Shown here piece by piece: positions 1-11,796 of a DNA stretch of 64,000 bases (positions are counted from its first letter, which is position 1; each line of letters opens with the position of its first letter). Position numbers and translations under genes: made by a program. Below the pieces are notes generated by a model that was not told the DNA's origin, did not search any database, and was given only the letters and a program-made list of their open reading frames with translations. The DNA lies in contig CAYQES010000003.1 in the NCBI GenBank assembly GCA_964416595.1, positions 1,419 through 65,418 of the forward strand, in the 5' to 3' direction. This DNA comes from an uncultured Bdellovibrionales bacterium. GTDB lineage: Bacteria > Bdellovibrionota > UBA1018 > CAIPTA01.

Positions 1-6
1 GAATGC

Positions 7-41
7 AAAAAACCTCTCTTGGTAAAACAGGAGAGGTTTTT
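7..41 (+). terminator. rho-independent terminator-like hairpin (CCTCTC / GAGAGG stem plus T6); an A-run upstream makes it potentially bidirectional
   Basis: aaaaaCCTCTCttggtaaaacagGAGAGGtttttt read directly from the sequence. Confidence 0.5.
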
Positions 42-139
42 TGTTTATGGCGTGAGCGTAATATTTGAACAAAGTTTTAGAGAGACAAAAATTTTTCTAT
101 ATTTATGATAAAATGGTTCCTTTTTTAGGAGAAACTTCC

Positions 140-1039
140 ATGTCTCTAAAGATTTTGAGTGATCAAGAATTAATTACTAGTACCGAGCAAGCGCTTAAAA
201 TCATGCGCGAGGCCGAAGTGGAAGTGCTTCGCCATTTCCAGGAAATTGAAGAACGAAGGTTATGGGCAGAGGCTCGATCACTCTATAAATATATTGCGAA
301 TACTTTTCAGCTCACTGCGGACCAAATCTATCCCCGCTTACAGGCTATGCGATTGATGCGGGCCATTCCAGAAGTGGAGCAGAAATTAGAAGCGGGTGAG
401 CTTAGCATGACCAATGCTTTAAAGGCGCAACAGACATTTCGAGCCGAAGCCAAGCAGCGGGTTGTTCCTATGGAAGAAAAGAAGGCGCTTTTGCGGGAAC
501 TCAAACACGCTTCTACCAAAGAGGCCGATAAAGTGCTCGCAGAGAGATATCCAGCCTCGAAGCGACCCCCAGAAAAAGTGACGCCGGTGGATAAAAATCA
601 AAATCTCATTCAATTTTATGTGGACAATGAGACGCTAAAACAAATCGAAGAGCTAAAGGCCAAGTTCTCTCACCAAATGCCGTCAGGCAAAATGGAGGAT
701 CTCTTGAAAATCCTCATCCAAAAGGCTACTCGGGAGCCGAATCCGCGGAAAGCCGCCCCCGCCCAAAAGCGTTCCCGGCATATTCCCGCCGAAGTGAAAC
801 GTGAAATGGAAAAAACCCGTTCTCAGAGCTGTGCTCACTTGCATGCCAAAACCGGCCAGCGCTGCGGTACCACGCATTTTCTACAAATGGATCATATTCA
901 TGAATATGGCGAGGGAGGAGGTAATGAATTTCTGAACTTGCAGTGGCTATGTGGCTCCCACAACCGCCATCGTTTTGAAACGGGACGCGGCGACCCAAAA
1001 CATGAAAACACCCGGCATTTTATTGTACCGCCCAGGTAA
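140..1039 (+). CDS. HNH endonuclease-domain protein with a ~230-aa N-terminal domain of unknown function
   Basis: C-terminal HNH motif (CAHLHAKTGQRCG...HFLQMDHIHEYGEGG...NLQWLCGSHNRHRF). ATG at 140 follows AGGAG at 126-130; the ORF track starts at an upstream TTG at 65. Confidence 0.65.
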   Translation: MSLKILSDQELITSTEQALKIMREAEVEVLRHFQEIEERRLWAEARSLYKYIANTFQLTADQIYPRLQAMRLMRAIPEVEQKLEAGELSMTNALKAQQTFRAEAKQRVVPMEEKKALLRELKHASTKEADKVLAERYPASKRPPEKVTPVDKNQNLIQFYVDNETLKQIEELKAKFSHQMPSGKMEDLLKILIQKATREPNPRKAAPAQKRSRHIPAEVKREMEKTRSQSCAHLHAKTGQRCGTTHFLQMDHIHEYGEGGGNEFLNLQWLCGSHNRHRFETGRGDPKHENTRHFIVPPR

Positions 1040-1057
1040 ACACCTTATGATCAAGCC

Positions 1058-1420
1058 ATGCAGAATCTACTCTGGGTTATAGCTTTTGGAATACTAGGCA
1101 TAAGTTGCCGCTATGGCGTGGATCAGATGATAGACAATAGTACCTTTCCTCTATCTACTTTTCTTATCAATATGGCCGGGTCTTTTCTGGCAGGCTTAAT
1201 TTTCGCCCTAGGAGAACGGCAGGATCTTTCGCCCTCTCTACAAACAGGGCTCTTAGTAGGTTTCTGCGGCGGTTTCACCACCTTTTCCGCCTATGCTCTG
1301 CAAACTTTTCTGCTGCTGGAGGAGGAACGTTTCCTACCAGCTTTTGGCTATTTATTTTTGAGCCCCGCCTTGGGCCTACTTGCCGCATTTTTACCGATCT
1401 TTGTAATGAGAAAATTGTAA
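1058..1420 (+). CDS. crcB: fluoride ion channel CrcB/Fluc
   Basis: 120 aa with 4 predicted TM helices and the GFCGGFTTFSAY motif typical of the CrcB family. Lies 18 nt after the HNH gene stop. Confidence 0.8.
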   Translation: MQNLLWVIAFGILGISCRYGVDQMIDNSTFPLSTFLINMAGSFLAGLIFALGERQDLSPSLQTGLLVGFCGGFTTFSAYALQTFLLLEEERFLPAFGYLFLSPALGLLAAFLPIFVMRKL

Positions 1421-1474
1421 TTTTTTTCATTTGTGCGCTTGCTTGCACAAAATAATTGGCATACATATTCTCCC

Positions 1475-1699
1475 ATGAAAACTCCTCAACGATTTTGGTT
1501 TGCATGCTTTTTCGCTCTCGCCTTACTCATAGGCAATTTTGTGTACGGAAAAATCTTTTCTGTTCCTTCCTCCCAGGAGTCTAAAACCACCGCCAGAATC
1601 CTCCACGCTGTGGATCTAACTTCCGTAAAAACCCAACCCATATCCGCCACCATCCTAGGCATATCGGAAGCAGTGGCTTCCCCTAAGCACAACCAATAG
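1475..1699 (+). CDS. small hydrophobic hypothetical protein
   Basis: 74-aa ORF with an N-terminal hydrophobic segment (FWFACFFALALLIGNFVY). No recognisable family. Confidence 0.3.
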   Translation: MKTPQRFWFACFFALALLIGNFVYGKIFSVPSSQESKTTARILHAVDLTSVKTQPISATILGISEAVASPKHNQ

Positions 1700-1711
1700 A
1701 GCCAATTGTAA

Positions 1712-3959
<2,248 letters not shown>

Positions 3960-3963
<4 letters not shown>

Positions 3964-4595
3964 AAATCTGGGATATCAGCCCGCTTTTAAGTGAGAAAAC
4001 TGCTGTGTTCCCGGGGGACGTGCCTTTTTCCCGGGAGATGAGTTTGTCTTTTACGGGTGGCGATCATTTGGATCTATCTTCCATCCGCACCACTTTGCAT
4101 CTTGGCGCCCATGCGGATTCCAGTTCCCACTATCATGCCAATGGAGAGGGTGTGGATAAGCGGCCTTTGGAAAATTACCTCGGCAATTGCCAGGTGATTG
4201 CGGTGAAAGTTCCCCGGGGGGAACGCATTCTGCCAAAACATATTTCTGTAGAAATCCAAGCCAAGCGCGTTCTTTTCCGCACAGATTCTTTTCCCAATCC
4301 CGACCAATGGAATGGAGACTTTAATTCCCTCTCGCCAGAGTTAATTGAATTTTTAGCCGATCGGGGCGTGGTACTTGTAGGAATTGATACCCCCAGTGTG
4401 GATCCGGCAGACTGTAAAACCCTCGATTCCCACCAGGCTCTTTACCGCCGCAAGCTTTCTGTGCTGGAAGGCATTATCCTGCACCAGGTGAAACCGGGAC
4501 TTTACACCTTAGTTGCCTTGCCACTGCCGCTGAAAGATGGGGACGCCTCCCCCGTACGTGCTATCCTTTTGGAGAAGAACCGGCTCGAACCTTAA
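3960..4595 (+). CDS. cyclase-family hydrolase (kynurenine formamidase KynB / isatin hydrolase-like)
   Basis: Cyclase-family metal-binding motif HLGAHADSSSH, ~210 aa. The TTG start overlaps the upstream stop. Confidence 0.65.
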
Positions 4596-4604
4596 GAGGC
4601 ATTC

Positions 4605-5012
4605 ATGCGATCTCTCCTTTTGTGTTTTTTGCTACTTGTTTCCTGCTCCAGCTCAGAGCCCTCTCCGGAGGCCGAAGAAGCGGCCAGCATTGAAAATACC
4701 GACAATTGCCTAGCCAACTCAGAACTTGCGCGCCAGTGGGGAGAATGCAATGTAAAGCACACCATTTATGGTGGCAGGAGCGGCATCGGCAATTGCCATC
4801 GGAAATTTGGTCGCGATCCAAAATCCGCGGATACTACCATTTTGAAAATTCGTTTATTGCCTACGGGCAAAGTGCGAGACGTGAAAGCCGAAGAGGCGGG
4901 TCCCCGGAATAAATCTTTGGAAAATTGTTTGTCGCAGGTGATTGCTAAATTGCAGTTCGCAGCTCCGCCTAAGGGCGTGAAGCCCGTGATCTATGTGCCG
5001 TTTCAGCAGTAG
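4605..5012 (+). CDS. lipoprotein with a TonB-C-like C-terminal domain
   Basis: Lipobox LLVSC. The C-terminus (TILKIRLLPTGKVRDVKAEEA...VKPVIYVPF) resembles the TonB_C / energy-transducer fold. Confidence 0.45.
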   Translation: MRSLLLCFLLLVSCSSSEPSPEAEEAASIENTDNCLANSELARQWGECNVKHTIYGGRSGIGNCHRKFGRDPKSADTTILKIRLLPTGKVRDVKAEEAGPRNKSLENCLSQVIAKLQFAAPPKGVKPVIYVPFQQ

Positions 5013-5071
5013 AAAAATCTAAGCGCTAGAGTTAACGCGCCGCTTGTCCGGCGCCGGACTTTTCATCGCGA
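5013..5071. repeat. REP-like palindromic element, copy 1 (core GTCCGGCGCCGGAC)
   Basis: aaaaatctaagc...gttaacgcgccgcttgtccggcgccggacttttcatcgcga, starting immediately after a stop codon. A 41-nt core is identical to copy 2. Confidence 0.8.
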
Positions 5072-5165
5072 GATTTGTTCATATAAATTCGATTTGAAAT
5101 AGGCGCCCAGCACAACTCAATGCATCAAAATGCAACCACTCCGTTTCTGATCGTCTGGTGACAAT

Positions 5166-6095
5166 GTGTCCACAGAAAATGACACCACCATCTTCTCAAC
5201 AAAGCTTTCCCGGGCTAATAATGCTCCTATGCAAACGGAAGCACACTTAAACAACATCAATTTACCAAAAATCTTTGAGTACCAATCCCCGCAGGAATAT
5301 CTGGTTCAATATTTCACCTGGATGAAATCCCGTAATAAACGGATGTCGCTGCGATCCTGGGCTAAGATGATGGGCTTGAGGGACCATAGCTTGCTCGTTC
5401 TCCTCTTAAAGGGAAAGCGCCCTGTGCGGCAACAGCATATAGATTTTCTTTTACGCGGATTAACAGTTTCTGAATCTGAAAAACGTCGCTTTAAATTGCT
5501 AGTGCAAGCGGCCAACACTCAGGACGAGGAAGAGCGATTACTATTGTTAAATAGCTCCGCACCCCACGAACAAATTGAGCTGGAGCTCGAAACCTTTCGT
5601 CTTATTTCCCACTGGATTCACCTTGCCATCTTAGAAATGACAGAGCTAAAGGGATTTCGCCCCGAACCAGATTGGATCGCTGCCCACCTGGACCCACCCA
5701 CTTCAAAAACTGAAATCGTTTCCGCCTGGGATCGTTTGGTGCGTTTAGGTTTGGTAAAAGAAGTAAAAGGTAAGTGGAAAAAAACCAATCGCGCCCTTAC
5801 TACTTCCGGTAAAAGTAGCAACCAAGCGGTTCGCGCACATCACCGCCAAATGATCGATTTAGCTAAAAGATCCGTAGACACGCAGTCCATCCAGGAACGC
5901 ATTCTAAATAGCTGTACGATGACTATCGACAGCAAAAAAATCTCGCTGGCCCAAGATATCATTTTGGAATTCCGCAAAAAAATGGAAGCCCTAGTGGAAA
6001 CTCCCGGCGGTGATTCCACTTACCAATTATCGGTGCAGTTTTTTCGTTTATCTAGACATCCTGAAATCAAGAAAAATAAAATGGAGGAAAAATGA
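5166..6095 (+). CDS. TIGR02147-like family protein (Bdellovibrio/Fibrobacter paralogous family, putative HTH)
   Basis: The N-terminal pattern F.Y..P.EYL..YF.......S.R..A...G.....L..LL.GKR matches my recollection of TIGR02147 proteins. Confidence 0.5.
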   Translation: MSTENDTTIFSTKLSRANNAPMQTEAHLNNINLPKIFEYQSPQEYLVQYFTWMKSRNKRMSLRSWAKMMGLRDHSLLVLLLKGKRPVRQQHIDFLLRGLTVSESEKRRFKLLVQAANTQDEEERLLLLNSSAPHEQIELELETFRLISHWIHLAILEMTELKGFRPEPDWIAAHLDPPTSKTEIVSAWDRLVRLGLVKEVKGKWKKTNRALTTSGKSSNQAVRAHHRQMIDLAKRSVDTQSIQERILNSCTMTIDSKKISLAQDIILEFRKKMEALVETPGGDSTYQLSVQFFRLSRHPEIKKNKMEEK

Positions 6096-7336
6096 AGTTC
6101 AATTTTGTCGAGCGTAATGCTCTTAGTATTCTGTTGGCGATTTGTGTTCTCAGTTTAAGTGCTTGTGGAAACAAGCAAGACAATAATCAAGAAAATGGAA
6201 CACAATCCCCCACACCACAACCTACGACGCAGCCAAAAATGGAAGACGGCAGCGGCCCGGGCAATGGCGGAGGAGCCATTGTTCGCAATGGCAACGTGCT
6301 TACGCTGGCGCAAGCTGGAATCGAAATCCCCATCACCGAAGCTCAACCATCGGAAAATCTTGAAGAAGTGAAAGTGGTGGCCGCTCTCATCGAAAAATTG
6401 GCCCTCAGCGATGGCATCCGCGGCAACCTACTTCGATCGCTAGAACCAAATGGCGCGAGGAAATACTTCAAAATCGAAGCTAAAGATTTGAATCCCGAAA
6501 AACGCGCTAAGCTGTTGGCGGCGTATTATTCGGCTATTGGCCAAGTAGTTCCGCCGGAGGACAAACTAACTCTTGTAGCTTTAACCATTGGATCGGAAAC
6601 CTTTCTCTTGCCCGAATTTTACCAGCTGAGCGATGCGACCGCTCGAGCTGCGATTCTATTCCACGAAGCCCTTTGGGTGCGAAATCCTAAAATACGCCTT
6701 AGTTCCGTTTTGCGAGCGGAGATCGCAGTGGAAAAGCTACTTCGCTCGGGGTCAATCAGCAAGAATATCATTTATGACTTTGAACTATTCCAAGTGTTGA
6801 AAGAGGCGCTGGAAGACAAACACCTAGGTATGGTGGGAGCAATCCGCAAAGATTTTGAAAAAGGCTCGATAAAAATTCATCTGCCGAATAACTTAGGCGC
6901 TCCCATTATCAAAACGCTAGAAAAGCCTCATTTTCCTATCCGCTGGCTGCTGGGTGATATTGTAGTGGAAGAATTGAGAACAAGCATGGAACTCAATAGA
7001 GATGCTTTTTACGGTTATATCTATTACTTTTCCAAACTCAATCCCTCGCTCCTCTTTTTGAGAGAGCTGCAACTTTTGATACCAGACATTAAAATAAATT
7101 TTATTTCCTACGATCTCGAGTGGGAAGGCCTAAATAACAACCAATGGTATCAACCAGAAAAGATAGGCGAAGAGTTTTTTGATCTCTCTCAATCGTGGAC
7201 CATGGCCGTGAGAGGACCCAATGAAAATAAATATTGTGACATTACGGGATTCATTGCTCGTGGTGGAACTTTGAACATCAAGGGAAATGTAGCCATGAAC
7301 TTTTCTGTTGATACTACTTTCTGTAGCTATAGGTAA
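6092..7336 (+). CDS. lipoprotein, hypothetical (GNGGG ... FHEALW motifs); paralog-like to 18922..19782
   Basis: Lipobox LSLSAC. The start overlaps the upstream stop. It shares the GxGNGG(G/D) and LxHE(A/Y)LW motifs with the ORF at 18922. Confidence 0.6.
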   Translation: MKFNFVERNALSILLAICVLSLSACGNKQDNNQENGTQSPTPQPTTQPKMEDGSGPGNGGGAIVRNGNVLTLAQAGIEIPITEAQPSENLEEVKVVAALIEKLALSDGIRGNLLRSLEPNGARKYFKIEAKDLNPEKRAKLLAAYYSAIGQVVPPEDKLTLVALTIGSETFLLPEFYQLSDATARAAILFHEALWVRNPKIRLSSVLRAEIAVEKLLRSGSISKNIIYDFELFQVLKEALEDKHLGMVGAIRKDFEKGSIKIHLPNNLGAPIIKTLEKPHFPIRWLLGDIVVEELRTSMELNRDAFYGYIYYFSKLNPSLLFLRELQLLIPDIKINFISYDLEWEGLNNNQWYQPEKIGEEFFDLSQSWTMAVRGPNENKYCDITGFIARGGTLNIKGNVAMNFSVDTTFCSYR

Positions 7337-7365
7337 AATATCACTTTTTCACTGAAGGAGATTTT

Positions 7366-7971
7366 ATGAGCAGAGTAATATTTTCAATTTGGATTGTGCT
7401 AGTTCTAGTTGCTTGCGGACCAGCCCAAACAGGCCTAACGCAGCAGAACGCTTTAATCACAGACAATCTAAGCACCAATAGCAATTGGCTAGAGCATGTA
7501 GGAAAATACGTAGCAGAGGATGCCACTTACCCTGTGGGTAAATACACCAAAACTTTGTCTTTGGATCGAACGGATGTGTTTCATGATAAGTGCGCAAAAT
7601 ATAGCCCTAATTACAAAAGATGCCTCGAGTGGGAAAAAGAGTTTTTCGAAATACAAATGTATGTGGGGTACGTTGTAAAAGAAAACAATTTCATTTCAAA
7701 AAATGCTTCCGCAACAATACTTTTCACTCCAGAGGGTACTTTGAAGCAAATATATGGTGATGAAATTAGCTTTTCTAAATCCGGCGAGCTCCTCATAAAA
7801 AATTTTTGGGGAAATCAATTCAGTAATGGTTCTGATGCGAACATGATCCACCAAGAAGATCGTTTCCGATTCACGGAAGGAAAGATTTTCGGCAAGGAGC
7901 GAATCTTTGATGAGCGGGGTGAAAAGGTGATTTACGAACTCGAAAGCCCTTTTCTGCCTGTGCAAGAATAA
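7366..7971 (+). CDS. lipoprotein, hypothetical
   Basis: Lipobox LVLVAC. RBS GGAG upstream. No recognisable domain. Confidence 0.55.
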   Translation: MSRVIFSIWIVLVLVACGPAQTGLTQQNALITDNLSTNSNWLEHVGKYVAEDATYPVGKYTKTLSLDRTDVFHDKCAKYSPNYKRCLEWEKEFFEIQMYVGYVVKENNFISKNASATILFTPEGTLKQIYGDEISFSKSGELLIKNFWGNQFSNGSDANMIHQEDRFRFTEGKIFGKERIFDERGEKVIYELESPFLPVQE

Positions 7972-7985
7972 GATTTCTATTTTTA

Positions 7986-8020
7986 GGGAGGAATAGCTTG
8001 TAAACTATTCCTCCTTTTTG
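7986..8020 (+). terminator. rho-independent terminator
   Basis: GGAGGAATAG-cttgtaaa-CTATTCCTCC followed by TTTTTG. Confidence 0.65.
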
Positions 8021-8032
8021 CCATCCCTTCAG

Positions 8033-8091
8033 GAAAATCTAAGCAGAAAAGTTAACGCGCCGCTTGTCCGGCGCCGGACTTTTCATCGCGA
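8033..8091. repeat. REP-like palindromic element, copy 2
   Basis: gaaaatctaagc...gttaacgcgccgcttgtccggcgccggacttttcatcgcga, a 41-nt exact match to copy 1. Confidence 0.8.
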
Positions 8092-8247
8092 ATAAAAGAA
8101 TATTTTTCTGATCTACAGAGTGAAAAAGCAGACCATTTCATCGTATTCAACATTCAAGTTTTTCCTGTATAAAAACCACTCTGCCGCCCCGCGCCACGCC
8201 GCCCTCTCCCCTTTCCTTCCGCCCCGCTTTCGCCTATCTTTGTACCC

Positions 8248-9795
8248 ATGTCAAAAACCCAAGAACAGGCCTTCGCCGCCCTTCAGGAAAAACTTGTCGC
8301 CAGTGAGTTTCCCGCAGGGAAAGATCGAGTAGAAAAACAACACCAAGCCGGAAAACTCTCCGCCCGGGAAAGGATTAACCTACTCCTCGATGCCGGCTCC
8401 TTCCAAGAGCTCGATCGCTTTGTCACCCACCGCTGCACAAGCTTCAGCATGGAAAAAAACCAGCCCTTGGGCGATGGCGTGATCACGGGCTTTGGCAAAA
8501 TCGATGGCCGCCTTGTGTATGTTTTCTCCCAGGATTTTACGGTTTTTGGCGGATCCCTCTCGGGCGCCCACGCGGCCAAGATCTGTAAACTCATGGATCT
8601 CGCCGTAAAGAACGGAGCCCCCGTGATTGGCCTGAATGATTCCGGCGGCGCACGCATCCAAGAAGGCGTGGAAGCCCTTGGCGGTTACGCCGAGATTTTT
8701 TGGCGGAACGTGCAGGCGAGCGGCGTGGTGCCCCAGATTTCCGTGGTGATGGGCCCTTGCGCTGGGGGTGCTGTGTATTCCCCCGCCATCACAGATTTTA
8801 TTTATATGGTGGAAAAAACGAGCTTCATGTTCGTGACCGGGCCCGACGTGATCAAAACCGTTACCCACGAAGAGGTTTCTAAAGAAGAACTCGGTGGCGC
8901 CGGCACCCATAGCGAAACAAGTGGCGTGGCGAGCTTCGTGGCTTCCGATGATGCGGGAGCCCTCAGGCAGGTGCGAAAACTTATTTCTTACTTGCCGCTC
9001 CATAATGGTGAAATGCCGCCGGCCAAAGAAAACGCGGAACCCGCCGATCGAGATACCCAAGCCATTCTCTCGATCTTGCCCGATAGTTCACAAAAGCCTT
9101 ACGACATGAAGCGCCTCGTGGAAGATGTGCTGGACGAAAACTCTCTCTACGAAGTGCACGAAAACTACGCCCGGAATATCTTGGTGGGCTTTGGCCGGAT
9201 CGAAGGCCGCACCGTGGGCGTGGTGGCGAACCAACCCATGCACCTTGCGGGCTGCTTGAATATTGATGCTTCTAGAAAAGCAGGAAGGTTCGTGCGCTTC
9301 TGCGACTCTTTCAACATTCCGCTCCTCACCTTCGTGGATGTGCCTGGGTTCCTGCCCGGCACGGACCAAGAATTTAATGGCATCATTGTCCACGGCGCAA
9401 AACTTCTCTATGCCTTTGCCGAAGCCACGGTACCTAAAATCACGGTGATCACCCGGAAAGCCTACGGCGGCGCCTATGATGTGATGGCCTCGAAACACAT
9501 CCGCGCGGATTTTAATTTCTCTTACCCCAATGCGGAAATCGCCGTGATGGGCCCAGAAGGCGCAATCAATATTTTACACCGGGAAAAAGTGGCCAAGGAT
9601 CCAAAGCTAGCGCCAAAATTAGTGGAAGAATACCGGGATACTTTTGCCAATCCTTTCCGGGCCGCAGCCTTAGGGTATATCGACGAAGTGATCCATCCCA
9701 AGGATACGAGGAGAAAAGTAGCCGCCGCCCTCGAAGCTTGTCGCGGAAAACGGGAAGTGCGACCGTTCCGAAAACACGGGAATATTCCGCTGTGA
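8248..9795 (+). CDS. pccB: propionyl-CoA carboxylase beta chain / methylmalonyl-CoA carboxyltransferase
   Basis: Carboxyltransferase 12S-subunit hallmarks, 515 aa: [22 protein letters not shown] and the conserved C-terminal half. Confidence 0.85.
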   Translation: MSKTQEQAFAALQEKLVASEFPAGKDRVEKQHQAGKLSARERINLLLDAGSFQELDRFVTHRCTSFSMEKNQPLGDGVITGFGKIDGRLVYVFSQDFTVFGGSLSGAHAAKICKLMDLAVKNGAPVIGLNDSGGARIQEGVEALGGYAEIFWRNVQASGVVPQISVVMGPCAGGAVYSPAITDFIYMVEKTSFMFVTGPDVIKTVTHEEVSKEELGGAGTHSETSGVASFVASDDAGALRQVRKLISYLPLHNGEMPPAKENAEPADRDTQAILSILPDSSQKPYDMKRLVEDVLDENSLYEVHENYARNILVGFGRIEGRTVGVVANQPMHLAGCLNIDASRKAGRFVRFCDSFNIPLLTFVDVPGFLPGTDQEFNGIIVHGAKLLYAFAEATVPKITVITRKAYGGAYDVMASKHIRADFNFSYPNAEIAVMGPEGAINILHREKVAKDPKLAPKLVEEYRDTFANPFRAAALGYIDEVIHPKDTRRKVAAALEACRGKREVRPFRKHGNIPL

Positions 9796-11288
9796 AAAAA
9801 CTCCCCTTCTCCAAAATTCTCGTGGCCAACCGGGGCGAGATTGCCTTGAGAGTAATTCGTGCCGCCCGGGAACTGGGGCTGCAAACCGTGGCCGTTTATT
9901 CCGACGCAGATCGTGATTCTCCCCATGTGCTCTTGGCCGATGAGGCTGTGCACCTCGGCGAAAGCGAAGCCAAGAAAAGTTACCTCGTGCCCGAAAAAAT
10001 CCTCGCCGCCTGCAAAAAAACCGGCGCCACAGCCATTCACCCAGGCTTTGGTTTCCTTTCGGAGAACGCAGATTTCGTGCGCGCTTGCACTAAAGCTGGT
10101 TTAACTTTTATCGGCCCGAGCGCCGAGGCCATGGATCTCATGGGCGATAAACTGAGCGCGAGAGCCGCCATGAAAGCCGCCGGTGTGCCCACGGTTCCCG
10201 GGAGCGAAGGCGCCTTGAAATCTTTGGACGAAGCCAAAAAGCTCGCCAAAGAAATTGGCTTTCCCGTGATCTTGAAAGCCGCCGCCGGTGGCGGTGGCAA
10301 AGGCATGCGGTTGGCCCAGAACGCGGCGGAATTAGAAAATTTCTACGAGAGCGTAAAGCGGGAAGCGCAAAATTATTTTAACGATGATGCGGTTTTTCTC
10401 GAACGCTTTGCCAAAAATCCCCACCATATCGAAGTGCAAATCCTCGCCGATTCCCACGGCAATGTTTGCCATCTTTTTGAACGGGAATGCTCCGTGCAGC
10501 GCCGGCACCAAAAAGTGATTGAGGAAGCGCCTTCACCTTTTCTTCATGGGTATGATGACGTTCGCCAAAAGCTTTTTGCCGTGGCCGTAGAAGGCGCCAA
10601 GCGCATTAAATACGTGAACGCGGGCACCATGGAATTCGTGATGGATGGCGACCGCAATTTCTATTTCCTAGAAATGAACACTCGTATCCAAGTGGAACAT
10701 CCCGTAACGGAGATGATCACGGGCATCGATATCGTAAAAGAGCAAATCCTGATCGCGGCTGGTCTCCCGCTTTCTTTTCGCCAAGAAGATCTTACCGCCC
10801 GGGGAGCTGCCATCGAATGCCGCCTCTACGCGGAAAACCCCTTCACCTTTTTGCCCTCCCCCGGCCCCGTAAAAGAACTGGTACTTCCTGGTGGCCCTTT
10901 CGTGCGCGTGGATAGCGCCATGCAAAGTGGGCAAGTAATTCCCTTAGAGTACGACCCCATGATCGCGAAACTTTCCGCCTGGGGGAGAACGAGAGAGGAA
11001 AGTCTCCACCGCATGCACCGGGCCTTAGCGGAAACGGGAGTGGCGGGCTGCCTTACGAACCTAGGATTTCTACGGCGCTGTATGGAAAATCCTATTTTCC
11101 AAAAAGGCGATTACACCACGGGCTTTATTAAAGAGCAGGAAAAGGTGCTCGCCAATCCCGCAAGCCTGCCTCCCGGCATTCAGACGGAAGAAGAGTTTCA
11201 GGCATTGTTAGCGCTGCTCGCCCGTACCGAAACCCCCAACGCAGTAAAAAGCGAAAGCGCCGCTTGGTGGAGAACACATGTCCGATAA
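9792..11288 (+). CDS. biotin carboxylase subunit (acetyl/propionyl-CoA carboxylase alpha, BC domain only)
   Basis: ATP-grasp biotin carboxylase motifs ([32 protein letters not shown]). The GTG start overlaps the pccB stop (GTGA). Confidence 0.85.
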   Translation: MKKLPFSKILVANRGEIALRVIRAARELGLQTVAVYSDADRDSPHVLLADEAVHLGESEAKKSYLVPEKILAACKKTGATAIHPGFGFLSENADFVRACTKAGLTFIGPSAEAMDLMGDKLSARAAMKAAGVPTVPGSEGALKSLDEAKKLAKEIGFPVILKAAAGGGGKGMRLAQNAAELENFYESVKREAQNYFNDDAVFLERFAKNPHHIEVQILADSHGNVCHLFERECSVQRRHQKVIEEAPSPFLHGYDDVRQKLFAVAVEGAKRIKYVNAGTMEFVMDGDRNFYFLEMNTRIQVEHPVTEMITGIDIVKEQILIAAGLPLSFRQEDLTARGAAIECRLYAENPFTFLPSPGPVKELVLPGGPFVRVDSAMQSGQVIPLEYDPMIAKLSAWGRTREESLHRMHRALAETGVAGCLTNLGFLRRCMENPIFQKGDYTTGFIKEQEKVLANPASLPPGIQTEEEFQALLALLARTETPNAVKSESAAWWRTHVR

Positions 11289-11796
11289 AAACTACACTCC
11301 CGCCAGCGGCTTCCTCTACGAAGTGAAAAAAAATGCCCAAGGTGGCTTAGACGTAAAAAAATCCGGCGATAAAAAAGGTTCTTCCGTGAGTGTGGAGCTC
11401 ACCCCTACCCCCATCGATAGCCAAACCAAACGGGTGCTCCGTAGTCATGGAGAAAACCGGGATCTTTTCTGGGTCTACGCCAAAGGCAATAAAAGAATTC
11501 TCTCCTGGCCCGGGGGCTCCATTGAACTAGAAGCCTCCGAAGGCAGCGAAAACAATGGCGCCGGTGGCGGAGCCTTGAAGCCCTTGAAACTCACCATGCC
11601 GGGAAAAGTCTTAAGCGTAAAAGTAAAAGAAGGCGACCTCGTGGAAGCCAACCAGGGACTCGTGATCGTGGAAGCCATGAAAATGGAAAACTTGCTGCTA
11701 GCTCCGGCCAAGGCCAAAGTCACCAAAGTAATGGTGAAAGAAGGGGATCGTTTAGAATCTGGCGCCACCCTGCTCACCTTTGGGCCTGCAGAATGA
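11278..11796 (+). CDS. biotin carboxyl carrier protein
   Basis: C-terminal biotinyl domain with EAMKMEN (biotinyl-lysine). The start overlaps the upstream gene. Confidence 0.7.
   Translation: MSDKNYTPASGFLYEVKKNAQGGLDVKKSGDKKGSSVSVELTPTPIDSQTKRVLRSHGENRDLFWVYAKGNKRILSWPGGSIELEASEGSENNGAGGGALKPLKLTMPGKVLSVKVKEGDLVEANQGLVIVEAMKMENLLLAPAKAKVTKVMVKEGDRLESGATLLTFGPAE

Noticed and set aside
1-139. Expected fluoride riboswitch upstream of crcB
   Set aside because: No GGCGATGG...TTCGCC-type conserved core is visible here or in the 18-nt HNH–crcB spacer. Only a terminator hairpin is present.
8092-8247. Possible B12 riboswitch in the C-rich leader of the pcc/mutase operon
   Set aside because: No B12-box (GCCACTG-like) or recognisable cobalamin-riboswitch architecture. 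The C-richness is noted only as a curiosity.
8283-10306. Multiple 100-230-aa ORFs antisense to pccB and the biotin carboxylase gene (e.g. 8380..9060-, 9088..9498-, 9522..10040-)
   Set aside because: They lie entirely inside strongly conserved sense-strand genes in a GC-rich region. This is a typical antisense ORF artefact.
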